Below, one piece after another: positions 1-8,181 of a stretch of 20,000 nt of DNA. Every line of letters starts with the position of its first letter. Positions within the stretch are counted from its first letter, which is position 1. This DNA is from an uncultured virus (IMG/VR IMGVR_UViG_3300031918_000015). Lineage: Duplodnaviria > Heunggongvirae > Uroviricota > Caudoviricetes. The DNA is taken from the IMG/VR virus record IMGVR_UViG_3300031918_000015, positions 55,890-75,889 of that record; one strand, given 5' to 3'. The position numbers and the translations under genes were made by a program. The notes under the pieces are model-generated. The model saw nothing but the letters and a program-made list of their open reading frames with translations, did no database searches and was not told where the DNA came from.

Positions 1-76
1 ATTTGATTGTCACAAATATTTTAAGAGTAAATCACTATATTTTGCATTTAAAAATCTAGCTAATTAAAAGGAATTG

Positions 77-103
77 AGGATATAGAAATATATCCTTTTC
101 TTT
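77..103 (+). terminator. Intrinsic terminator-like hairpin
   Basis: AGGATATA-GAAA-TATATCCT followed by TTTCTTT. Confidence 0.6.
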
Positions 104-201
104 ATAATTGGAACTAATGTACCTATATTTAAATGTAAAAAATAACCATATAAAAACCACCTTTTAACAGAATATTATTATATTAATTTATTTAAAAGTT
201 C

Positions 202-229
202 TTGACTTAGGATAGAATAAGAGTATAAT
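202..229 (+). promoter_or_regulatory. Sigma-A promoter P1
   Basis: TTGACT (202-207), 16 nt spacer, TATAAT (224-229); flanked by the repeated motif at 178-192 and 261-271. Confidence 0.75.
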
Positions 230-292
230 AATAAGTATAGAAGGTAGTTAATACATAACGAAACAAATTAATATATAAAGGTGGTTGTTAAT

Positions 293-850
293 ATGAAAAT
301 AACATGTATGGAATTGGTAAAAGACTACATAATACAAGAAACTGAAAAAGCTTATGGATTAGATAATGGATATAATAGTAAAATAACAGTATATGGATCA
401 ATGCAAGACAATATTAAATGGATTCCAAAATCATTAGTTCAAAATATAGATAATAAATTATATGTTTCATATATCACTATTCAAAATAATGGATTATGGG
501 ATTGGGTAAATAAGAATAGTAAAATAACATTAGATAACGGCAAGAAAAGAGCTTCAGGAAACGAATTAGTATTAAAGAGGTTAAATGCAGAATTAAAAGA
601 TAACAATAACTTAACTTTAATAGTTTGGGATAACAAACAATTCAACAGCTATAGTATAGATAGATTTGAAAGCTATAAACAAGAAGGAAGTAAATTTAAT
701 AAAGAATTTAACAACTTTGAAGATAACGGAATGGTAGCAGTATTAAAAATTGAAAATAATCAAATAGTTGAAAGTTTAATACAAAATCAAAATATATTAA
801 ATGCAAAACAAATTGAATTATTAAACTTAGTAATTGAAACATTAGCATAA
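293..850 (+). CDS. Hypothetical phage protein (~185 aa)
   Basis: ORF 281-850; ATG at 293 preferred because AAGGTGG RBS lies at 278-284; no family recognised. Confidence 0.8.
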   Translation: MKITCMELVKDYIIQETEKAYGLDNGYNSKITVYGSMQDNIKWIPKSLVQNIDNKLYVSYITIQNNGLWDWVNKNSKITLDNGKKRASGNELVLKRLNAELKDNNNLTLIVWDNKQFNSYSIDRFESYKQEGSKFNKEFNNFEDNGMVAVLKIENNQIVESLIQNQNILNAKQIELLNLVIETLA

Positions 851-854
851 TTAC

Positions 855-874
855 AAGGTGGATTATTCCACCTT
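855..874 (+). terminator. Hairpin after gene (weak terminator or processing stem)
   Basis: AAGGTGGA-TTAT-TCCACCTT; poor U tract. Confidence 0.45.
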
Positions 875-898
875 ATTATAATATAATCAAGAAATGAG

Positions 899-1387
899 GT
901 GGTTAATATTAATATTAATGATTTAGAGTTATTCAAGATATATTTAAAGATAGACATACAAAGATTATATACAGATAGTGTTACAAATAAAGATCATGAA
1001 TTGATTGATAACTATATTGATACTTTATCTAAAGAAGAATCAGAAATATTCAGACAATTATATCATGATTGCAAATATAATCGTAAAAAGTGCAATATAA
1101 CTCATAATTCAATAAAACTAACGTTAAAATTATATAATGATACTGGCGAAAAGACTTTTCCTTTTATAAATAAAATAGCTTGTAAAGGATGGAGTATAGG
1201 AGAAGGGACATTTTCATTCTCATTATATTTACTTAATAATGAATTTAGTAAAGAAATTTTTAGTTGGCATAGAGTTAGTGATTGTTTATTAAAAAGATAT
1301 AAGATTAATACACAACCTGTATATGGATCAATAGGGCATATAGAAATAATTTTAACAGATGACAAGGAGGTGACAGAGGATGTGTAA
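899..1387 (+). CDS. Hypothetical protein (start uncertain)
   Basis: 162-aa ORF; the GTG at 899 lies inside the RBS-like GAGGTGG (896-902), so the true start may be in-frame ATT at 908 or 914. Confidence 0.7.
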   Translation: MVNININDLELFKIYLKIDIQRLYTDSVTNKDHELIDNYIDTLSKEESEIFRQLYHDCKYNRKKCNITHNSIKLTLKLYNDTGEKTFPFINKIACKGWSIGEGTFSFSLYLLNNEFSKEIFSWHRVSDCLLKRYKINTQPVYGSIGHIEIILTDDKEVTEDV

Positions 1388-1550
1388 AGCAGATGCAGAC
1401 AATTGTATATTAGCATTAAGAAACTGTATAGAAGAGTATGAGAGATTAGAACAAACAAGTAAAGAACAATATCAAAAGAATGAATTTAAAACTATGAGAA
1501 AATCAATGGAACAAACTCTTAAGAATTTAGAAAATGAATTTGGAGAATAA
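1380..1550 (+). CDS. Small hypothetical protein, 56 aa (MCKADADNCILALRNCIEEYERLEQ...ENEFGE), not in ORF track
   Basis: AAGGAGGTG RBS upstream, ATG 1380, TAA 1548-1550, overlaps upstream stop, followed by a terminator. Confidence 0.75.
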   Translation: MCKADADNCILALRNCIEEYERLEQTSKEQYQKNEFKTMRKSMEQTLKNLENEFGE

Positions 1551-1559
1551 TATAATTGT

Positions 1560-1587
1560 AGAACTCTATAAATTAGAGTTCTTTTTT
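1560..1587 (+). terminator. Intrinsic terminator
   Basis: AGAACTCTA-TAAAT-TAGAGTTCT-TTTTT. Confidence 0.8.
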
Positions 1588-1686
1588 ATAATCTAAATAT
1601 AATTGACAATAACAATCAATACCACTTAAAACAACTCTTTTAAGGTGAAAATTAATTAATATTTCTATTAATTTATTAACTTTTTC

Positions 1687-1715
1687 TTGAAATAGTACAA
1701 GCTATGTGATAATAT
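1687..1715 (+). promoter_or_regulatory. Sigma-A promoter P2 (extended -10)
   Basis: TTGAAA (1687-1692), 17 nt, TG-n-TAATAT (1710-1715); inverted motif pair at 1663-1677 and 1726-1740. Confidence 0.7.
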
Positions 1716-1756
1716 AAGGTTGTGAAACAAATTAATAGAAGAAAGAAGGATTTAAA

Positions 1757-2578
1757 ATGAAAAATGAAAAAATATCACAAATAGGGTTTTCAGATGAATT
1801 TACATACTGTAATATACCTATTAAATATGAGGTCACAGAAGATAAGAAACTGCAATTATATGTTGAAGATTGTGCAAAGTCTTTAGGAATTACACAAACT
1901 AAAAATACACAAAATGGTGATTCTATAACAATAAGATGGGAAAGAGTTTATAGTGATTTAGTAGGTATAGACAGAATCCCCAATAGTGGGGATTTTAAAA
2001 AACTTGATAATGACACCAAAAAAGAGATAAGAAATAAATTAAAACAAATGACTATTTCTGAATCTGAATTGTACTTGTGGAGTTTTAGAGTTGATGGAGA
2101 ACAAGGAAAGAAATTCAGAGAATGGTTGGCTACAGTTGTATTACCTTGTTTAAGAGAATATGGTATATACATAACTAACATGGAGAATATGTCAGCATCA
2201 GAAATTGAAATTGCAGTAAAGGAAAGAACCGAGGCGTATATATTAAGAAAGCATGGTATAAACATTAGAAAGTCATTAACAGATACTATTAAGAAGTATA
2301 TTAATCCAGCACCATATGAAAGCGATAGATACTATGGAGGGTTTACGAATATAGTCTATAATGTATTGTTTGGATTGGATTGTAAACCATATAAAATTTT
2401 AATTGGAGCAGAAGAAAAGGACAACCTTAGAGATTATTTAAAAGATAAAGATATGTCAACAGAACTTAACCATATATCCAAAGCAGAAGATTTTATGTGT
2501 AATTTAATTATGTCAGGTGTGAAGGATGAAAAGCAACTAAAAACATTTTTAACTAATTGGTATAGCAATGTAATATAA
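1757..2578 (+). CDS. Bro-N domain phage antirepressor-like DNA-binding protein
   Basis: N-terminal 'LYVEDCAKSLG' and 'ISESELYLW...GKKFREWLATVVLPCLREYGIY' match the Bro-N pattern; C-terminal 'RKSLTDTIK...FTNIVYNVLFG...LRDYL' resembles domains fused to KilA-N/Rha proteins. Confidence 0.75.
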   Translation: MKNEKISQIGFSDEFTYCNIPIKYEVTEDKKLQLYVEDCAKSLGITQTKNTQNGDSITIRWERVYSDLVGIDRIPNSGDFKKLDNDTKKEIRNKLKQMTISESELYLWSFRVDGEQGKKFREWLATVVLPCLREYGIYITNMENMSASEIEIAVKERTEAYILRKHGINIRKSLTDTIKKYINPAPYESDRYYGGFTNIVYNVLFGLDCKPYKILIGAEEKDNLRDYLKDKDMSTELNHISKAEDFMCNLIMSGVKDEKQLKTFLTNWYSNVI

Positions 2579-2584
2579 TAAATT

Positions 2585-2611
2585 AAGGACTCTAGAAATA
2601 GGGTTCTTTTT
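2585..2611 (+). terminator. Intrinsic terminator
   Basis: AAGGACTCTA-GAAA-TAGGGTTCTT-TTT. Confidence 0.75.
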
Positions 2612-2660
2612 ATGATTTAAAATATATTTACTATTTCTTTTAATTTATTTAGAAAAACGC

Positions 2661-2689
2661 TTGACTAAATCTAAGTCATGACTTATACT
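2661..2689 (+). promoter_or_regulatory. Sigma-A promoter P3 containing palindromic operator TAAGTCATGACTTA (2672-2685)
   Basis: TTGACT (2661-2666), 17 nt, TATACT (2684-2689); perfect 14-bp palindrome overlaps the spacer and -10. Confidence 0.8.
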
Positions 2690-2741
2690 AAATATAACAA
2701 GTAAAACAAATTAATAATAAATAAAAGGGCGGTTGATTTAA

Positions 2742-2861
2742 ATGGCAGTAGTGGTATACACGGACAGAACAGTTAAGGAAGTTAAGTCTGAGGAATTACA
2801 AAAGATGTTAAAAGACCAAGTTGCTAAAGCTAAAATATTCTCATGGTTATATGTTAAATAA
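2742..2861 (+). CDS. Small hypothetical protein, 39 aa (MAVVVYTDRTVKEVKSEELQKMLKDQVAKAKIFSWLYVK), not in ORF track
   Basis: First ORF after P3 with AAGGGCGG purine-rich RBS; ATG 2742, TAA 2859-2861. Confidence 0.6.
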   Translation: MAVVVYTDRTVKEVKSEELQKMLKDQVAKAKIFSWLYVK

Positions 2862-2915
2862 ACTTTAGTAACTTACATACATAATAGATTAATAAAATTA
2901 AAGGAGTCGATTAAA

Positions 2916-3500
2916 ATGAAAAATGTAAAAGAATTAAATTTAATAATAGGTGAAAAATATACAGTATTAAAAACAGATGAATTAGTTCCACTTAGAATAT
3001 GTGGCATCTTAAAAGGATATCATTTTGATAAATGGGCACAATATGAAAACTGTTTATATATCTACATACAAAGACCAAGAGTAAAAAGAGTTGACGAAAT
3101 AATAATATCAATAGAAAAGTGTTTTATATTTAAAGGTGATTTTAAAGAAATACACAGGAAAGAAGTTATAAAAGATACTAAAACAATTACTCATTCATTA
3201 CTTCATAGATGGACATATAATGATTTAAAGGATGATAAAACATTAGTATATTATCATGATTTTAAAGAAGAATTTAATGTTAATGATAATTTTGATTGTT
3301 TCATTGATGTTACAGCCGATTATTTAATCAATAACAATATCAAAGGTTATGAAGCTGGAATCAATGAAAACTATATAAGCTATATTAAATCATTGCTAGT
3401 AAAATACAATGTAAATACATTAAAAGAGTATGTAAAAAATGAGGGTTATGTATCATTGATAAATAACATTAATAAAGCGGTTGAATATAAATTGTATTAA
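2916..3500 (+). CDS. Hypothetical protein; N-terminal part resembles the C-terminal domain of the 3942-5786 protein
   Basis: AAGGAG RBS; motifs GEKYT, WAQY, FIFKGDF. Confidence 0.8.
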   Translation: MKNVKELNLIIGEKYTVLKTDELVPLRICGILKGYHFDKWAQYENCLYIYIQRPRVKRVDEIIISIEKCFIFKGDFKEIHRKEVIKDTKTITHSLLHRWTYNDLKDDKTLVYYHDFKEEFNVNDNFDCFIDVTADYLINNNIKGYEAGINENYISYIKSLLVKYNVNTLKEYVKNEGYVSLINNINKAVEYKLY

Positions 3501-3511
3501 TAAATAATAAT

Positions 3512-3532
3512 AGGGGCTGAAAAGCTCTTTTT
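3512..3532 (+). terminator. Intrinsic terminator
   Basis: AGGGGCT-GAAA-AGCTCTT-TTT. Confidence 0.75.
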
Positions 3533-3533
3533 A

Positions 3534-3562
3534 TTTACAATAATACTCAATACCATTATAAT
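3534..3562 (+). promoter_or_regulatory. Probable sigma-A promoter for the 65-aa gene
   Basis: TTTACA (3534-3539), 17 nt, TATAAT (3557-3562). Confidence 0.55.
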
Positions 3563-3612
3563 TATATTCAGCATATAGAAGCTATATAAGAACGTTTAAG
3601 GAGGGTTAAACA

Positions 3613-3810
3613 ATGGAAGGTATAAAAACATCTAAGGCACAATTACAAGCTGTTAAGACATGGGAAGACAAGAACAAAGATAAAGTTACTTATACTAAAA
3701 GTAAATCATCATGTAAAAGTTTTATTAAGAATAAAGCAACGTTTGAAGATATAGAAGATATCGAGAAATTAATAAAAGAAGTCAAAGCAAGTAAATATAA
3801 TAATCTTTAA
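3613..3810 (+). CDS. Small basic protein, candidate DNA-binding regulator
   Basis: GGAGGG RBS; 'TSKAQLQAVKTWEDKNKDK...KSSCKSFIKNKATFEDIEDIEKLI' resembles a small family I recall from Firmicutes mobile elements; function is inferred. Confidence 0.75.
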   Translation: MEGIKTSKAQLQAVKTWEDKNKDKVTYTKSKSSCKSFIKNKATFEDIEDIEKLIKEVKASKYNNL

Positions 3811-3857
3811 GTAATAAAAAATATATTAAATAATCCTATTAATTTATTAAAAAGTTA

Positions 3858-3887
3858 TTGACAGATATATAAGTCATGACTTATAAT
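3858..3887 (+). promoter_or_regulatory. Sigma-A promoter P4 containing palindrome TATAAGTCATGACTTATA (3868-3885)
   Basis: TTGACA (3858-3863), 18 nt, TATAAT (3882-3887); perfect 18-bp palindrome. Confidence 0.8.
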
Positions 3888-3941
3888 AGATACATAGAGA
3901 ACAAGTAAACAAATTAAATAAATGAAGCGAGGTAATGTAAA

Positions 3942-5786
3942 ATGTGTAAAGTAGTATTAAATAGTGAATTAAACGGTGTAGAAATGTATTTTGAAGGAAA
4001 GCCAGTACAAACAGTTATAGATAGTTTAAAAGATTTAAAATTCAGATGGAATAAAATTAAGAAATGTTGGTATGCTAAACAATCAATAGAAACAATTGCA
4101 GAAGCTCAAAAATATTCAGATAGTGAAATACATACAGAAGAAGTTAAAACAGTTAAACAAAATAAAACAAATAAAATTGATTTATGGAGCTTAACAACTT
4201 ATACAGAAGTTAAAAGAGAAAAGAGTTATAATGTAAAAGAAATAACTAAATCAATAAGAGCAGAATTAAAAGCTAGATTTTCATTTGTTAAATTTTCTAT
4301 AACAAATCCTTATAGTGATAGAATAAGTATTGATATAAAATCAGCACCATTTGAAAAAGAAAGTATTTATATAAAAGCTATTCAAGAGTATTGTAAAAAA
4401 GTTGTTGAAAGTCATAATTTTTGCACTTCTGATGATCCTTATGGTGATTACGGTTCAAGTTATAATTTATATTTCTTTGGTGCTGATTTATTGGACTATA
4501 CACAAACAGAAGCAAATGAAACAATTATTGAAGCTATGAAAGATTTTGACGTGAAAAAAGTTGAACAATTTGAAATTGACAAAGCTAAAGAAAAAGCAGA
4601 TTTTGAAGTTTCCCAAGCACAAAGAGATGAAGAACACAAACAATATTTAATCAGACAAGAAGAAGAAAAGAAAGAAATTAAAAATGTTAATAATAATATT
4701 GAAGTTGTAGAAATTGAAGAAGAAAAACAATATTTCGTTATTAACTCAAAATTTGCAAATTTAAATAAAAATTGTACACTATCACAATATGAAGAAGAAG
4801 TTTTAAAAGGGGCTTGTTATAACCAAACTGTTAAAATAACAAGAGAAGTACATTTTAACAATGCTGAATCATTAGAAAACTTTAATAACTTATTATTAGT
4901 TGACTTTGAATTTATTACTGGAACAAGTGGAAGTTATACAGACGATAACAGAATCAATTCTATGACTGACTATGATAATATGACAGAGTTAGAAAGAAAA
5001 ACAGTAAAATTTAATTCACAAGGAATAGCAGTATATTTAAATGATAAAATACAATTTGTAATTGATGCTCAAGGCTATTCATATGCTAGATATGTTGGAT
5101 TAATAGACGAGAATACAACTATTACAAAGAAAGTTGAGTATAAGCAACTATTAACACCTGAAGAAGTTCAAGAGCGTACAGAAGTAGCTGAGAAGGTTAT
5201 TGAATTAAATAATGTAGTAATAGAAAATAATAATATTGAAAAAGAAAAAATTTATTTAACTGATAACTGGAATGTATTCAGAAAAGAAATTTCTCAATCA
5301 ATAAGAGATAATAAAATAAAACTTAATAAAGATATTATTCAACAAATTAAGGATAATGAATATATTAAAACTTCAATGTATAGATTAATAAGAGAGTGCG
5401 AACCAACTCAAGAACAATTTATAAATGTAGATATACAAGAAGGCGAAAAGCTAACAATAATTAGACCATCAATGATAGGAGGAGCTTCAGCAACTCATAT
5501 AACATTTAAGGAATGGAAACAGGAAGAATATGCACAATATACTGATAATATAAAAGTTATATATGAAAGTAAAAATAAACTATATGGAACTAATTTAGAA
5601 AATACCAAACTATTAATATATAAAGGTTGGTTTGAGTTACCACAAGCTGTATTATTTGAAGCTACAGACGGTGGAAGTATAACAAAGTTTGGAAGCTATG
5701 ACGAAAAAGCATTAGAAGATATATTGACATACTTTGAAAAAAATAATATTCTACCAGTAATAAATACTTATAGACCAATATTCTAA
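3942..5786 (+). CDS. LPD29-domain (large polyvalent protein-associated) multidomain protein
   Basis: 'KEITKSIRAELKARFSFVKFSIT...RISIDIKSAP' fits the LPD29 pattern; N-terminal 'NGVEMYFEGKP...LKDLKFRWNKIKKCWYAK' is a module I associate with such proteins. Confidence 0.7.
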   Translation: MCKVVLNSELNGVEMYFEGKPVQTVIDSLKDLKFRWNKIKKCWYAKQSIETIAEAQKYSDSEIHTEEVKTVKQNKTNKIDLWSLTTYTEVKREKSYNVKEITKSIRAELKARFSFVKFSITNPYSDRISIDIKSAPFEKESIYIKAIQEYCKKVVESHNFCTSDDPYGDYGSSYNLYFFGADLLDYTQTEANETIIEAMKDFDVKKVEQFEIDKAKEKADFEVSQAQRDEEHKQYLIRQEEEKKEIKNVNNNIEVVEIEEEKQYFVINSKFANLNKNCTLSQYEEEVLKGACYNQTVKITREVHFNNAESLENFNNLLLVDFEFITGTSGSYTDDNRINSMTDYDNMTELERKTVKFNSQGIAVYLNDKIQFVIDAQGYSYARYVGLIDENTTITKKVEYKQLLTPEEVQERTEVAEKVIELNNVVIENNNIEKEKIYLTDNWNVFRKEISQSIRDNKIKLNKDIIQQIKDNEYIKTSMYRLIRECEPTQEQFINVDIQEGEKLTIIRPSMIGGASATHITFKEWKQEEYAQYTDNIKVIYESKNKLYGTNLENTKLLIYKGWFELPQAVLFEATDGGSITKFGSYDEKALEDILTYFEKNNILPVINTYRPIF

Positions 5787-5796
5787 ATTAAATAAC

Positions 5797-5835
5797 GGTT
5801 GTTAGTATTTAACTATTATTTACATACTAACAACC
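5797..5835. terminator. Inverted repeat after gene (probable terminator or processing stem)
   Basis: GGTTGTTAGTAT (5797-5808) / ATACTAACAACC (5824-5835); no U tract on + strand. Confidence 0.5.
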
Positions 5836-5878
5836 TAAAAAATAAATGGTAAAATTGATATTTCTTTATATTAATTTG

Positions 5879-5908
5879 TTGACATACCATAAAAATCTAT
5901 GTTATAAT
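5879..5908 (+). promoter_or_regulatory. Sigma-A promoter P5
   Basis: TTGACA (5879-5884), 18 nt, TG-n-TATAAT (5903-5908); repeated motif TTATATTAATTTGTT (5866-5880) overlaps the -35. Confidence 0.75.
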
Positions 5909-5925
5909 AAATTATACCAGTTAAG

Positions 5926-6018
5926 AGTTACAACTTAACAAAGTCTTTTGAATCTAACTGCTAGAATACATGGTAGGATAGTAAGAGTATAAAATTTAAA
6001 TAGTTTAAAGTTGTAACT
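5926..6018 (+). ncRNA. Putative structured 5' leader or sRNA
   Basis: AGTTACAACTT (5926-5936) pairs with AAGTTGTAACT (6008-6018), enclosing hairpin CTGCTA-GAATACA-TGGTAG. Confidence 0.4.
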
Positions 6019-6078
6019 TACATAAAACAAATTAATAGTAAATAGAAAGTCTTTAAGACTTAAAAGGAGTTGTATCTT

Positions 6079-6195
6079 ATGTTTAAATCAATATTCAGCA
6101 AAAAGAAAAAAGCAAGTGAAGTAAGTTTTGAGGATATAACAAATAGATTACTAGATAAAAATAGCAAATTAGCGGAGCAACTTAAAAAGAAATAG
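6079..6195 (+). CDS. Small lysine-rich protein, 38 aa (MFKSIFSKKKKASEVSFEDITNRLLDKNSKLAEQLKKK), not in ORF track
   Basis: AAAGGAG RBS, ATG 6079, TAG 6193-6195. Confidence 0.65.
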   Translation: MFKSIFSKKKKASEVSFEDITNRLLDKNSKLAEQLKKK

Positions 6196-6242
6196 TGCTA
6201 AATAATAATAAAATAATATAGAATGAAGGAGTTTGATTAATT

Positions 6243-6524
6243 ATGGAAAATATAAATACAAATATAGATTATTCAACATTAACTAATGATGAATAATCTA
6301 TACAATATCAAGAAGCTAGAAACAATTTTTTCAGAGCTGAATTAGGAACTGATGAAGAGACAGAAGCAGAAAATACATTTAGAAAAATATCAAGAGAAGT
6401 TTCAGAACGTAAAAATTTTGACTTAGCAATGTATAAAATGCAATCACAATTACAAATAGAATCTTTGACCGTAATACAAGAACAACAAAACCAAAATAAA
6501 ACAAATTTGAAAGGAAGTAATAAT
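6243..6524 (+). pseudogene. Interrupted hypothetical gene (in-frame TAA at 6294-6296)
   Basis: GAAGGAG RBS and ATG 6243; reads MENINTNIDYSTLTNDE*SIQYQEARNNFFRAELG... and stays open in frame into the 6525 gene. Confidence 0.6.
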
Positions 6525-7061
6525 ATGAGAACAATAAGAGGATTAATTAAAAGTGCAGTAATAACAGGAGTAATCACAATAATGACAGTTATACCAACTA
6601 TGGCAGATACAAACGATTCAAGTATATTAAATCATTATACTAACTCTAAAGGCGATGTAGTAACAGTATATAAAGATAAGACAACGTATATTAATAGTGA
6701 TGTAAATATTCAATCCTTAGATTATTTAGATAATTCTGTTACAATTGAAAAAGATAGCCATTTATATAAGTTTTATGTAGACGAGCCAAGAGAATATTAC
6801 TTGAATGAAGCTATTAACATTACTTTTAACAATAATAATAATAAAATAGTAGATTGTGTAGTTGATAATCAACCGACTATATATAATACCACTATAGACT
6901 CAATACAGGGCAATATAGCGACTTTAGATGTGAATGGTAATAAATACACGTTTGAAAATGAAGAAGGTTCTGACGGCTGGAATGTAGGTGAAAAATGCAA
7001 GGTTATTATTCAAGATGGTAAACTATTAGAAGTTAGACCGATTCCACTTGCTGAGAGATAA
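6525..7061 (+). CDS. Putative exported protein with signal peptide
   Basis: ATG 6525 with AAAGGAAG RBS preferred over 6429; MRTIRGLIKSAVITGVITIMTVIPTMA|DT is a basic, hydrophobic, TMA-ending Sec-type signal; beta-rich repeats follow. Confidence 0.7.
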   Translation: MRTIRGLIKSAVITGVITIMTVIPTMADTNDSSILNHYTNSKGDVVTVYKDKTTYINSDVNIQSLDYLDNSVTIEKDSHLYKFYVDEPREYYLNEAINITFNNNNNKIVDCVVDNQPTIYNTTIDSIQGNIATLDVNGNKYTFENEEGSDGWNVGEKCKVIIQDGKLLEVRPIPLAER

Positions 7062-7100
7062 ATATATTTTATTATTATATTAATTTATTTAAAATATATA

Positions 7101-7129
7101 TTGCAATATCATAAATTACTTGGTATACT
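7101..7129 (+). promoter_or_regulatory. Sigma-A promoter P6
   Basis: TTGCAA (7101-7106), 17 nt, TG-n-TATACT (7124-7129); motif pair at 7075-7089 and 7144-7154. Confidence 0.75.
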
Positions 7130-7178
7130 ATATATAAGAAGTAAAACAAATTAAAAAGAATAAAGGAGATTGATTTAT

Positions 7179-7829
7179 ATGAAAAGAGAATTTGATGGAA
7201 AAGTAAAATTAACTGGTGTAGGTTATGCAGATGGAATAAAAGCAGAAAAGTTAATTGTTGGTGATATATTAGCTTGTTCTTTTGGATATTCAGAAAAGAT
7301 AGTTAAAATTGAAGATATAAGTAAATCATATATATTAGTTACTCTTGAATATGAATCAATTTGTACACATAAAACAGAAGTTGCTGAGAAGAAAATTAAA
7401 AAAGATAGAATAGTTCCAGTATCTAAATTAGTTGAAGAAGTTAAAAAAGAAACTATAGAATCAATAGAAATTACTGAAACTTTTGAAAGTGTCGAAGCTG
7501 AAATAGAAATAATTGAAAAAGAATTATTAAAAGAAGTCAGATTAAATAAATTAATTGAAGGAACTGGATTCAATACAATTATATTAGAATGTATTACACC
7601 TTTTGATTGTGGACGATACAAAGTTAAACAAGGACATATAAAACGTATTGATTCTAAGAAATGGGAAGAATATAAAGACGATGATTGTTTTGAAAGTTGT
7701 GGAGCGGTTCATCCAAAATTATTTTATAAAGTTGTTCAAAATGGTATTATTAAAACTCAATATGGAGATGAGTTATATAATAAACTAATGGATTTGTATA
7801 AAAAATCTAATATGTTACTAGGAATTTAG
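7179..7829 (+). CDS. Hypothetical phage protein
   Basis: AAGGAG RBS at 7163-7168 favours ATG 7179 over TTG 7170. Confidence 0.8.
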   Translation: MKREFDGKVKLTGVGYADGIKAEKLIVGDILACSFGYSEKIVKIEDISKSYILVTLEYESICTHKTEVAEKKIKKDRIVPVSKLVEEVKKETIESIEITETFESVEAEIEIIEKELLKEVRLNKLIEGTGFNTIILECITPFDCGRYKVKQGHIKRIDSKKWEEYKDDDCFESCGAVHPKLFYKVVQNGIIKTQYGDELYNKLMDLYKKSNMLLGI

Positions 7830-7853
7830 AATAATATAAAAAGAAGGTGAAAA

Positions 7854-8036
7854 ATGATTACTCATAATTGCAATAATTTAAGATGTGGAGGTAATTTTAG
7901 TGGACAATGCAGACAAGTATATTTTACTTGTAGTTTACATATGATGATTGGAACAGATCAACAAAGAGCCTTAGAAGATATATTAAAAGAAAAAGGTAAA
8001 GACTTTTATAAAGAGTATAGAAAATATATCAAATAA
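7854..8036 (+). CDS. Small Cys-rich hypothetical protein (possible Zn-binding)
   Basis: GAAGGTG RBS; four Cys in the N-terminal 26 aa. Confidence 0.65.
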   Translation: MITHNCNNLRCGGNFSGQCRQVYFTCSLHMMIGTDQQRALEDILKEKGKDFYKEYRKYIK

Positions 8037-8181
8037 TGAATTGTTAAAATTAGTATTTTTATTTTGAAATTTAATAAATTAATCAAAGGAAAGTATGGAT
8101 AAAAATTATAAATAAATATTAAATATATAGAGAAATATTCAATAATGATATATAATATTATAATTAAGGAGTGATTTTCAA

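Noticed and set aside
5990..6020. TTAAATAG as part of a pistol ribozyme, or the leader as a twister
   Set aside because: The required pseudoknot and other conserved nucleotides could not be found.
6349..6385. CTGATGA...GAAA as a second hammerhead
   Set aside because: It lies in coding-like sequence and lacks pairable stems I-III.
6429..6524. ORF-track start at 6429 for the exported protein
   Set aside because: No RBS at 6429; ATG 6525 has an RBS and begins a signal peptide.
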